Shown: positions 39,730-48,448 of the stretch, piece after piece
Layout of the letters: every line of letters starts with the position of its first letter
How positions within the stretch are numbered: position 1 is the stretch's first letter
Assembly (NCBI GenBank): GCA_963793425.1
Contig: CAWCAG010000005.1
Location: forward strand, 960,001-1,024,000
DNA from: an uncultured cyanobacterium
GTDB taxonomy: Bacteria; Cyanobacteriota; Cyanobacteriia; Cyanobacteriales; CAWCAG01
Reading direction: 5' to 3'
DNA length: 64,000 bases
Made by a program: the position numbers and the translations under genes
Notes under the pieces: generated by a model
What the model was told of the DNA's origin: nothing
The model's input: the letters and a program-made list of their open reading frames with translations, nothing else
Database searches by the model: none

Positions 39730-42261
39730 CTATTGCCTGTTCCCTTTTAAAACCTTGGGTAAATTAGGTGGTTTTGTGAATTTGAGAGAAACGAAATAGC
39801 GACTACTAACTAAACTACTAGGTCGCCAAGGAGGATGCCAGTAGGTGTCTTGCATAACCGCTTTGGCATCATCATCATCCTCTGACCATTGAACCTTAAC
39901 GACACTAAAATTGTTACGCCCCACGACTTCACGTCCTTCTTGTAACCAACGATTTCGCCAAAATACTGCTAGTAAGTTACCTAATAGTTTATTACCCAAA
40001 TTGAGGAGAGGATTTGGTAAAGGACGTTTTTCTAACCACCTTTTAATACCCGTTACTTTCTCGGCTTTAAGTCGAGGAATCCAGGCAATTTCATAACGCC
40101 AGTCTGGTAAGTATTGAGGATCTTTAACCGCTAGTTCCCAGGCTAGTTGCCAGTTACCTTGAGTAGAATTTATTTTGCGTAAAAATGGGCTGTCGCGGTC
40201 ATGGTTAATTATGTTGATCATGCTTATCTTTTCTGGAGTGATCACCACATCAACTAATTGAGGGCGTTCATTCCATCCTGCCCAAAATTCTGATTGTTCT
40301 GGAAACAGGGATTTAGCTTTAGTGTGGATGAGATAGGTGGCTACCTCAGCATTTTTAAAAGCACTGGAGGTTAATTGTACTAGAATCCCTGGGTTTTCTG
40401 GTGTAGGAGTTGTTGGTAAGGACGCTTGAAAAGGACGACGTGACCAATAATTAAGGCGTACAGCACAGCTATAATGAATATCTCCAGAAAGAACTATCAG
40501 GCGATCGCGATTTTGAAATAAAGTAGTTAATAGCTTACTAAAAGCAACTTGGTTAAAGTTCCAACTATCCCCCACGTCGTTATCAAATACCCGTTCCTGT
40601 TGTAAATAAAATTCCTGTACTTGGTCAATAACGTTTAAGCTAACTAAGTTAGTTGGGGCAACAATAAAAGTTAGTTTAACTTGGCATTCTTCCTGGGCTT
40701 TAAGTTGTTCTGTGTGGGTTAAAGGGTCTTGTAGCTGTTGAGTAAAAGCCGTAGGAGAGAGTAACATTGGCGGAGTTAAAGAACCCTGTTCTCCTAAAGG
40801 ATAGCCCCGCCAAGTACGGGTATCTAAAACAATGACTTCATGGCTAGTGCTTCTAATGGTGTAATGCCAGGTTAGGACGCTATTTTCCCCTTCAGTTTTG
40901 CGCCTTAAAATTAAAACATCTCCATCCCTTTGGAATTCAGCTAAACCCGATTCTGGATCTAATGGGGGGATGCCTAAATAAGCAGCAACTTGCTGCTTAA
41001 TTTCTTGATCTTTGCCCTGAGAAGCTGACCATTTTTGGGCAGCCTGTAAAAACTTCTCTCCCCTTTCTCCTAACTCAAACTGTTCCGGAGTATTGCCCCA
41101 GCCTTGAAACAAACCATAGGACAACATGGCATTTTGTACCGTTTGCCTACCGAGGGGACTGCTTAAAACACGATTACACCACTCTAAGTTAAGACACCAA
41201 TCATCACTAACATCATGGTCATCAAAAATCATGTAAGTCGGCACGTTAGCTAAAGCCCGTCTCACTTGCCAAAGATCCCTAGCAAATTCTTGAATAGCTT
41301 TAACTTCACTATCCCAGGTTTGGGCCTGTTGCGTATCTTTTGTAACTACGTTTCCCTTGGGAAAATCACTAGGCCAAATTACTGGCGACCAACATAGCAG
41401 ATACATCCCATAATATTCCCCTAAGCTAAAAAGGTGACTTTTCGCTTTGGCAGCGTAGCCATGTAGCATTCCGGTAAACCCAGCGTTAATTCTAGCGACT
41501 TCGGTACGTTGTCCTGGTTTGATTTGCTGGGGTTTTTGAAATTCATAATCTCCAGTTGGTAGCAATTTCATTGGTAAGTCTTCTTCCCAACCGAGGAGAC
41601 TATCTCCTAAATAAGATGATGCCCATAATAAAGGATCGGCAACATCATCGCCATAAATTTGATCTCCGGTGAGGAATAGTTGATGAATCCGATCATTAGG
41701 TGAATGGGCAGATTTTTCCAGCAACTTATCGAGAATGGGCAACATATCCCTTTCTCCACCATGAGGTTTGCGACAGGAACCATGAACGATTTTGAGGTGA
41801 TTTAAGTCTTCTGGAGGTAAGGTAAAGGTGGGTAGATTGTGATCGAAGTAGCTAAGGCTGATGTAGGGATCAAAGTTTGGCGCGTTTAAAGCTTGGGAGA
41901 GTGACTGAGGAGGAGAAAGGTTTGTTTGAACACCGGCAAATTCAAGATCGTAGCTATAGATGTAGCTAGGTTGAAGCTGAGAGTTATTGATGGGTTTGGC
42001 TGTGACGCAGACTAGATGGAGATTTTGACCTAATTGTATTGTGGTGCGATCGCCCCTCTGCACTAATTCTTGAATCTTTTTTCCCTGACCATTTTCTGTG
42101 GCATAGACTTTCAGGATAACCTGGCGTGGTTCTTTCAATACCACACAAATAGTAACTGCTTCCGGAACAGTTTTGCGTAATATTGGTCCAGCAAGAATTA
42201 ATGGTAGGCTTGACCAATTTCTAAAGTAGTCTGCGTATCCATCATGGTAGCTTTTTGACAT
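39730..42261 (-). CDS. PhoD-like metallophosphatase family protein
   Basis: HGSCRKPH, LTGDQIYGDD, IFDDHDV, LDTR, LSGDIHY. Confidence 0.85.
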   Translation of the reverse strand: MSKSYHDGYADYFRNWSSLPLILAGPILRKTVPEAVTICVVLKEPRQVILKVYATENGQGKKIQELVQRGDRTTIQLGQNLHLVCVTAKPINNSQLQPSYIYSYDLEFAGVQTNLSPPQSLSQALNAPNFDPYISLSYFDHNLPTFTLPPEDLNHLKIVHGSCRKPHGGERDMLPILDKLLEKSAHSPNDRIHQLFLTGDQIYGDDVADPLLWASSYLGDSLLGWEEDLPMKLLPTGDYEFQKPQQIKPGQRTEVARINAGFTGMLHGYAAKAKSHLFSLGEYYGMYLLCWSPVIWPSDFPKGNVVTKDTQQAQTWDSEVKAIQEFARDLWQVRRALANVPTYMIFDDHDVSDDWCLNLEWCNRVLSSPLGRQTVQNAMLSYGLFQGWGNTPEQFELGERGEKFLQAAQKWSASQGKDQEIKQQVAAYLGIPPLDPESGLAEFQRDGDVLILRRKTEGENSVLTWHYTIRSTSHEVIVLDTRTWRGYPLGEQGSLTPPMLLSPTAFTQQLQDPLTHTEQLKAQEECQVKLTFIVAPTNLVSLNVIDQVQEFYLQQERVFDNDVGDSWNFNQVAFSKLLTTLFQNRDRLIVLSGDIHYSCAVRLNYWSRRPFQASLPTTPTPENPGILVQLTSSAFKNAEVATYLIHTKAKSLFPEQSEFWAGWNERPQLVDVVITPEKISMINIINHDRDSPFLRKINSTQGNWQLAWELAVKDPQYLPDWRYEIAWIPRLKAEKVTGIKRWLEKRPLPNPLLNLGNKLLGNLLAVFWRNRWLQEGREVVGRNNFSVVKVQWSEDDDDAKAVMQDTYWHPPWRPSSLVSSRYFVSLKFTKPPNLPKVLKGNRQ

Positions 42262-42360
42262 CTGTAGTCAGTCGGAGTTCTACTTTGAGTATAAAGTTAG
42301 GGAAGTATTCCTCTTTAAACCATGCCATAAAGATGCTGTACTGAACAAAATTTCCTGTAT

Positions 42361-43452
42361 TTAAGGGTTACTGAAATTGTTGATTTGCCCGCCTCCTATA
42401 TAACGCCCAGGAATTGGGCGAGGAGTTACACTACGAGGATTAGTTTGCAAGCCTTGATTAAACTGATTGTTGTTGTTGAATGTAGAGTTTGGTATGGTTT
42501 GAGGCTGAGAGTAAACTGGTGGTGCGGCTTGGCGAGTACCGTAGTTATAAGTGCTGGTATTATTGGGAACAGGAACCACTGGAGTTAAATTCGTTGGTAC
42601 AGGGGCAAGATTAACTGGCTGAGATTGACCTGAATAATTATAAGTTGGTGGATTAGAATAGTTGTAATTGCTGTAATTATTGTAATTGTTAGTAGGGGCT
42701 TGGTAGTTACTGTAACTTCGTCCTTGGTTACTGAAAACAGGTTGTTGAGATTGAGATTGCCCTGGATAACTATTAACCTGGCTGCCTTGAACAGGTGAAT
42801 TGGTGTTATTTTCTGATTGTTGGATACTATTTTTAGTAAGCTCTAATTGTTGAATTGCTTGTTGTAAAGCGCTACCTTGATTAGCTTGGTTTTTATTATC
42901 ATTACCTAAGCCACCAAATTGAGGAACGTTAAACAAAGAGCTACTGCCACTGCTAGAATTGCCAGCAACGGGGTTAGAATCATTTTGCCCTCTAACCGTA
43001 GGTAGCAAGCTACCAAAAGCGTTAGGATCGCTTAAGGCTTCAAGGGCTTCTTTGAAAGAGTTTTTATTAGAGTTTTCTTGCCCTTTATTTCCAGCTTTGT
43101 CTTGAGAACTTTTACCCTCACTCTCATTTTCTGAATCCTCTGTCTGGGTAGGATTGTTAGGATCTATTGCCGATAAAGTTCCTGTATCTATTAATTGCAA
43201 ATCTCCTTCAGGAAGTTCCTCAGACAACTCAGAATCATTAGCTACACTGTCAGGATTGCTACTATCAACTGCGGATTCAGGTACTTGGCTAAGCTTTTCT
43301 ATCCATTGCGGGTCTTGTAAATATTGCCAGGCAAAGACAGAAACCGCAGAAAGGATGGTAGCGGTAACTAAAAATTCTGGTCTTTTAAAAGGCTGTAACC
43401 GCGCTTTGAGATAGCGAAGAGAATTAGAAACGTTTTTCTGCTCAGATGACAT
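42361..43452 (-). CDS. Membrane-anchored N/Q/S-rich low-complexity hypothetical protein
   Basis: N-terminal TM helix, long disordered region, C-terminal PGRYIGGGQINNFSNP. Confidence 0.75.
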   Translation of the reverse strand: MSSEQKNVSNSLRYLKARLQPFKRPEFLVTATILSAVSVFAWQYLQDPQWIEKLSQVPESAVDSSNPDSVANDSELSEELPEGDLQLIDTGTLSAIDPNNPTQTEDSENESEGKSSQDKAGNKGQENSNKNSFKEALEALSDPNAFGSLLPTVRGQNDSNPVAGNSSSGSSSLFNVPQFGGLGNDNKNQANQGSALQQAIQQLELTKNSIQQSENNTNSPVQGSQVNSYPGQSQSQQPVFSNQGRSYSNYQAPTNNYNNYSNYNYSNPPTYNYSGQSQPVNLAPVPTNLTPVVPVPNNTSTYNYGTRQAAPPVYSQPQTIPNSTFNNNNQFNQGLQTNPRSVTPRPIPGRYIGGGQINNFSNP

Positions 43453-43675
43453 AAGCGTAACCAGACTTGCTCTTGATGACTAATACCGAGTAGATTTGCA
43501 ACACCGTACTAACTTATCTTTAACCAGTAAAATAAAATTGGTTATCCCATGTTGCATCTTGACAATATTCCTAACTTAAATCCAAAGTGTAACTAGCTAG
43601 GAATATTTGAAGTCAATCTACTGCTCCTATACTAGCTCACTTTTTTTTGAGACACCTACGATTACTTAGCAGAGT

Positions 43676-43930
43676 TTACAAATCTGAAGGTGTTTCTGGT
43701 GCTATTTCAATGCCGCCGGTTCGTTTAACGGTTTGTTGATCAGTAATTAAGTCGCTAATCTGTTGTATATCAACACCCATATCTTGGCAAGCTTTTTTAA
43801 GTTCTTGCTGAAATGTTTTTAAGTCTTCACCATAACCACATAGCTTAGCTGCCACTTCCAAGCCTTGTTTGGCATTAGCTTTGGCACAATCAACTAAATC
43901 TGTCCCTTTGAGGGGTTTATTCGCTGCCAT
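43676..43930 (-). CDS. Small hypothetical protein resembling the cyAbrB N-terminal domain
   Basis: PLKGTDLV...AAKLCGY...F pattern. Confidence 0.65.
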   Translation of the reverse strand: MAANKPLKGTDLVDCAKANAKQGLEVAAKLCGYGEDLKTFQQELKKACQDMGVDIQQISDLITDQQTVKRTGGIEIAPETPSDL

Positions 43931-43992
43931 TGTTTAACCTCTTCAGTTATTAATTTAATTAGCTCGTCTGTCTGATCTAAACTTTTAGCTGA

Positions 43993-45500
43993 TCACCGTT
44001 TTACATCATAGCCAAATAAGTTCGGGTTAACTTCACCTAAATCTAAATCCCCTAAGCCATATTCTGCCCAACGTCTTTCTACCATCTGGGCCACATCAGT
44101 ATCTGATTCTAAAACTTCTCCCCATTCGTGGTCAGTTTCAGGGGGAATTTTCGTGGTAGCATCAATGCCCATTCTGCCCCCTAAACCAATCTTCTGGCTA
44201 GCGAAATCCAAAGTATCAAAGGGAGTTTCTCCTAAGATGAATACATCCCTAACTGGGTCAACTTTGGAACTAATCGCCCAAACTACCTGACGAGGATCGC
44301 GGATGTTGATTTCTTTATCGACAACGATGACAAATTTAGTATAGGTGAATTGAGGCAAAGCACTCCAAAAAGCCAAAGCAGCCCTTCTCGCTTGACCAGG
44401 ATAAGCTTTATCAATGGAGATGATGGCAGCTTTATAACTTAAAGCTTCCATAGGTAAAAAGAAATCGACAATTTCTGATACCTGTTGCCGCAAGATGGGA
44501 GTATAGATACGGTTGAGGGCAATGGCCATCATCGCTTCTTCTTTGGGAGGACGACCGCTAAAGGTGGTTAAATACACCGGATCTTGGCGATGGGTCATGG
44601 TATGAAAACGGACTAGTGGAGAGTCTTCTACGCCGCCGTAGTAACCCATATGATCTCCGAAAGGTCCGTCGGGAAGCATTTCTCCTGGGGTAATTGTCCC
44701 TTCTAAGACAAATTCAGCAGCCGCAGGTACTTCTAAATCTAGGGTTTTACATTTGGCTAATTGCACTCCAGATCCGGCGTAAAGCCCTGCAAACAGCCAT
44801 TCTGATAAATCTATAGGAATGGGGGTAGCCGCCGCCATAATGATGAGGGGGTCAACTCCAAGGGCGATCGCAATTTCTAATTTTTTCCCCGCTTCTGCTG
44901 CTTTGCGTAAATGTCTTGCCCCGCCTCGTACCGATAACCAGTGAACAGTCATGGTATTTTTTGATTGTAGTTGCAGGCGATATACCCCTACATTGGGAGT
45001 TCCTGTTTCTACATCTTTGGTAATCACTAATCCCAAGGTGATTATTTTCCCGGCATCCTTGGGGTAGGGGCGAATGAGAGGCAGTTTATTTAAGTCTAGT
45101 TGTGCTTCTTTAACAACCACTTGCTGACAAGGAGGCAACCAACTTTTACCCGGTTTAGCTTTGACTACATCAAACAAAACTTTGCCAAAATCAACAGCTT
45201 GGGAAAGCTTTTTGGGTGGTTTGGGTTGTTGCAACATCCCCAATTTTTTCCCCAGAGTTTCCAACTCCTCTGGCTTTTCAATATTCATAGCCCAGCAGAT
45301 TCTTTCTACTGTTCCCATGAGGTTAATGGCGACGGGAAAAGCGGCCCCTTTAACGTTTTCAAATAATAATCCTGGTCCCCCGGCTTGCAACATTCGGTTA
45401 GAAATTTCGGCAATTTCCAAATCTGGATCTACTAAGGTTTTGATACGTCGCAGTTGTCCTTTTCTTCCAGGAGTTTAATGAATCCCCGTAAGTCTCTCAT
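43993..45500 (-). CDS. ubiD: UbiD family decarboxylase (plastoquinone pathway), 5' end frameshifted at about 45460
   Basis: ATG at 45500 gives MRDLRGFIKLLEE; adding one A restores KGQLRRIKTLVDPDLEIAEI; DGPFGDHMGYY, GRPPKE, GIDATTK. Confidence 0.9.
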
Positions 45501-45647
45501 GCAGTTATCAACAACTAATTATTACCTTACTTATGATCAATGATTATTCATTATTTATCAATGGTTAAGTTAATGCTAATTGTTTAAGTAAAGTAATCAA
45601 TTTCAGCAAGAATGTGGTAAACAACTACGTATTTCTTAATAATTGAC

Positions 45648-45860
45648 TTAACTATATAGCTGATCGTACTCGTCCCAAGCTTCAAATTCTGTTCTGGCTA
45701 TGATGCTTTTGTTAACCTCTTCGCTATAAACTGTTTTAACAGATTCTTCAAATCTAGCAATTTCACTAGCTACTCTTACCACAGGGTTACTATACTTTAT
45801 GAGTTGCCCAGTACTGCTTTTTATCAGACTATGGGAATTGGATAAATTGTTTGAAGACAT
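45648..45860 (-). CDS. Hypothetical protein (island gene 5)
   Basis: 70-aa ORF, co-oriented and tightly spaced with the upstream island genes. Confidence 0.55.
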   Translation of the reverse strand: MSSNNLSNSHSLIKSSTGQLIKYSNPVVRVASEIARFEESVKTVYSEEVNKSIIARTEFEAWDEYDQLYS

Positions 45861-45896
45861 TATAATTTACTCAAGCTATGTTTTATTTATTGAACA

Positions 45897-46313
45897 TTAA
45901 CCTTCTAATTCTTGGTATCTTTTGTCCATTCTCTTCTTTAATTGTTCTTTATGGATTCGTTTAAGATCATCTGGATAATCTGAACTTTCTAGTTGTTTGA
46001 TTGCATAACCAAATTGGTGAAAAATTGCATTAAGTCTATCGATTTCACCCTGTGCTTTTATGCCACATATTGCAGTATTAATATTTTCTATTACAGACTG
46101 GTAAGTCACGACAACATCGCGAGCAGCTCCACCACAAATAATGGTTAATCCAGTTACAGGAGTAGCTAGAGTTCGCCCTATAAAATTTAGAACTAATTCC
46201 CTTTCTATACTACTAGGGATTACTTTAGCACCACTTGAATTTTCATAGTAAACAGGAACTCGTCTTCCAGCTACAATAATTTCATCATGTCCGTTTTGAT
46301 TCATTGGTTTCAC
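45897..46313 (-). CDS. Hypothetical protein (island gene 4), paralogue of 46688-47107
   Basis: Gapless manual alignment to the 139-aa ORF. Confidence 0.75.
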   Translation of the reverse strand: MKPMNQNGHDEIIVAGRRVPVYYENSSGAKVIPSSIERELVLNFIGRTLATPVTGLTIICGGAARDVVVTYQSVIENINTAICGIKAQGEIDRLNAIFHQFGYAIKQLESSDYPDDLKRIHKEQLKKRMDKRYQELEG

Positions 46314-46331
46314 CTGTTAGCTAAAATTTTA

Positions 46332-46658
46332 TTAATCTTCATCAACGAAGCTTACTAAAATTGAAATGACAGTAACCCAAATAAAAAGAGGAATCCACAA
46401 AGTAAATTTTGTTAGGATTGCTGCCATCAAGCCGGAAATAATAGTAGCACCTCTAACAGCAAGTTTAGTCTCTTTAGCATTAGCATGACCATGTTTCAGT
46501 TTTAAAGTTGATGTTGCTAATTTACTAGGGAAGTTTGGTAGTAAAGGTAAATTTTGTGGGAGTTTTTTATTAATCATACGTGCTATCCAAATTATTGATA
46601 TTTGAGCTGGATATATGAAAATTATAATTAATAGAAAAGCAGCAAAAAATCTAAGCAT
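46332..46658 (-). CDS. Hypothetical membrane protein (island gene 3)
   Basis: Hydrophobic N-terminal helix and two C-terminal hydrophobic segments. Confidence 0.65.
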   Translation of the reverse strand: MLRFFAAFLLIIIFIYPAQISIIWIARMINKKLPQNLPLLPNFPSKLATSTLKLKHGHANAKETKLAVRGATIISGLMAAILTKFTLWIPLFIWVTVISILVSFVDED

Positions 46659-46687
46659 TTGGTTGATTTTAATGACTTCTTAAAATC

Positions 46688-47107
46688 TCATTTTATAATT
46701 TGTCTCCAAAAAGATTTTTTTTCTGGTATTTTTTGAGCCAGTTTATCTTTCATATCTTTTATTAGCTGATACTTTGATTTTTCTTTTGCTTCTTCTGAGT
46801 ATTTACCACTAACTACTTGATTAATTACTGCTCCAAAATTCTTATACACTTCTTTGATGAATTTTTCTCTTGCTAAATCATTTTTTTTTGTCTGTTTATA
46901 TAATTCTAAACGAATATCTCTTGTTATTCCATTTGCCACAACTTCTACTTTTTTTACGGGTGATACCAGAGAATCTGAAAGAAAATTTTCAATAATTTCT
47001 TTTTCCATTTGAATTGGATTAATTAACTGACCTTTTTCATTTTCAAAAGAAAGAACAACAGGTTTTCCTTTGATAGAGATATTACATGAGTACTTGTTGT
47101 AATTCAA
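46688..47107 (-). CDS. Hypothetical protein (island gene 2), paralogue of 45897-46313
   Basis: Shares G..V....EN..G....P...E.E...NF....L..PV........G..RD with the 138-aa ORF. Confidence 0.75.
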   Translation of the reverse strand: MNYNKYSCNISIKGKPVVLSFENEKGQLINPIQMEKEIIENFLSDSLVSPVKKVEVVANGITRDIRLELYKQTKKNDLAREKFIKEVYKNFGAVINQVVSGKYSEEAKEKSKYQLIKDMKDKLAQKIPEKKSFWRQIIK

Positions 47108-47369
47108 TAGATTTAATTTTACTCTCTATTTTACTTTTGTATCTATCAAATAATTGGTAAATATGGATTTCGATAGTTTCCTCCGTGTATTGCCCTTGAG
47201 ATGACAAGCCCTCTAAAATAGCTTTTCCTGTGATTTGAGCTTCTATTGAAATTCTTTTTAATTCTTTCGGAGAAATTAAACCTTGTTTTTGAAGTTCTTC
47301 CAACTGTCTAGCAACTCCAAATTGATACGTATTTAATTCTTTCCTTATTCTTTCTTTTAAAATTTCCAC
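47082..47369 (-). CDS. Hypothetical protein (island gene 1)
   Basis: GTG start; C-terminal G.AI...L.S...Y.EE....H.YQL motif shared with genes 2 and 4. Confidence 0.6.
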   Translation of the reverse strand: MEILKERIRKELNTYQFGVARQLEELQKQGLISPKELKRISIEAQITGKAILEGLSSQGQYTEETIEIHIYQLFDRYKSKIESKIKSIELQQVLM

Positions 47370-47627
47370 AATCTGGCTTTACCTGTGAAAAATATTTTTG
47401 CTCAGATTAAATAACACTTTTTTGCGTATAAAGTGAATACACTTAAGTATACATTTAATTTTACTAATATTCAAGATGATAATTTACTTTTAATAAATAT
47501 ATTAAAAATCTTTTTTCCCTTCAATAAATTAAAATATCAGTAAGCTATCACTTCGCCTTGCACCATTACCGAAGAGTGAAGCGTTTGAATACGCTCATCA
47601 CTTCTGGCCTAAAATAAACTAAGGGAT

Positions 47628-48113
47628 ATGCTGAGAAAAAACATGAAGCTAATCCAACTAAAACAAGAGACTTACGAATGTTGGCAACGCCTTAGTATTT
47701 TCAATAGTGCGGTGGTGCAGCCAGAAAATTTTAGGGCGGAAGTTCGTACCTTTGGTGATTTGCGGCGCAAGAATACCTGGAAGAGAGCCTACTGTTCTTT
47801 TATGGCAAGGAACATTGATGACTCTTGCCTAGATGCGTGCAACTTAATCTTGATTCAGTTTAATTACCAACCCTCTGATTGGGATTATGAACTGAGACAC
47901 AAAATATTTTCTGAATTCCTAGCCCTTTCTAGAGGGCCAGAGTTATTAAAAACTGCCTTAGAGCAATTATTTTCTACAGAGCTTACCAAAGAGGAGAGAA
48001 AAGAGGCTGATGGGTTTTTTAAGTTGGCTGGCGAACAATCCACAAGAGGAAGCAACAACAGAGAAACAACTCAGCTTATGGGGAGAGTCGCAGTCCTCTC
48101 TTCAGCGTTGTAG
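47628..48113 (+). CDS. Hypothetical protein
   Basis: 161-aa ORF with AAGGGA SD; FGDLRRKNTW segment; overlaps the next ORF by 104 nt. Confidence 0.7.
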   Translation: MLRKNMKLIQLKQETYECWQRLSIFNSAVVQPENFRAEVRTFGDLRRKNTWKRAYCSFMARNIDDSCLDACNLILIQFNYQPSDWDYELRHKIFSEFLALSRGPELLKTALEQLFSTELTKEERKEADGFFKLAGEQSTRGSNNRETTQLMGRVAVLSSAL

Positions 48114-48444
48114 AGTTGATGGGGTTACGGTGCGTAAAAACTTTACTCAAACCATCAAAGAAAAGGGTGGGAGTAGGAGATGTTATCAAGACTCCACAGA
48201 AGTATTGACCGAAGAAGTTTTAGGGTGTGAAACAAGGAAACTCTACGAGGAGACGGGAGCAAAACCAGGCGATCGCTCTACCTTACCAGAGAGAGGTCAA
48301 GAAGCTTTAATGACAGGAGAAATTGTCGCTACCCATGGCTTAAAGAAGAAAAATATTTTTGGCACACAGCAGGAACGAAATCAGCAAATTGTAGAAAGTG
48401 TAAGGGATTCTGGTAAAAAGACGAGGAAGTTGTTTCCCTGGTAG
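48010..48444 (+). CDS. Hypothetical protein with QLSLW motif; helical domain reminiscent of DinD/phage antirepressor C-termini
   Basis: GAGG SD at 48003-48006; EKQLSLWG; R..G...RK.FT..IK..GG....Y...T pattern. Confidence 0.7.
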   Translation: MGFLSWLANNPQEEATTEKQLSLWGESQSSLQRCRVDGVTVRKNFTQTIKEKGGSRRCYQDSTEVLTEEVLGCETRKLYEETGAKPGDRSTLPERGQEALMTGEIVATHGLKKKNIFGTQQERNQQIVESVRDSGKKTRKLFPW

Positions 48445-48448
48445 CTTA

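Noticed and set aside
44871..48268. Absence of HIP1 sites as evidence that the island is foreign
   Set aside because: Larger HIP1-free gaps occur in core regions (e.g. about 3.3-12.4 kb), so the gap is uninformative
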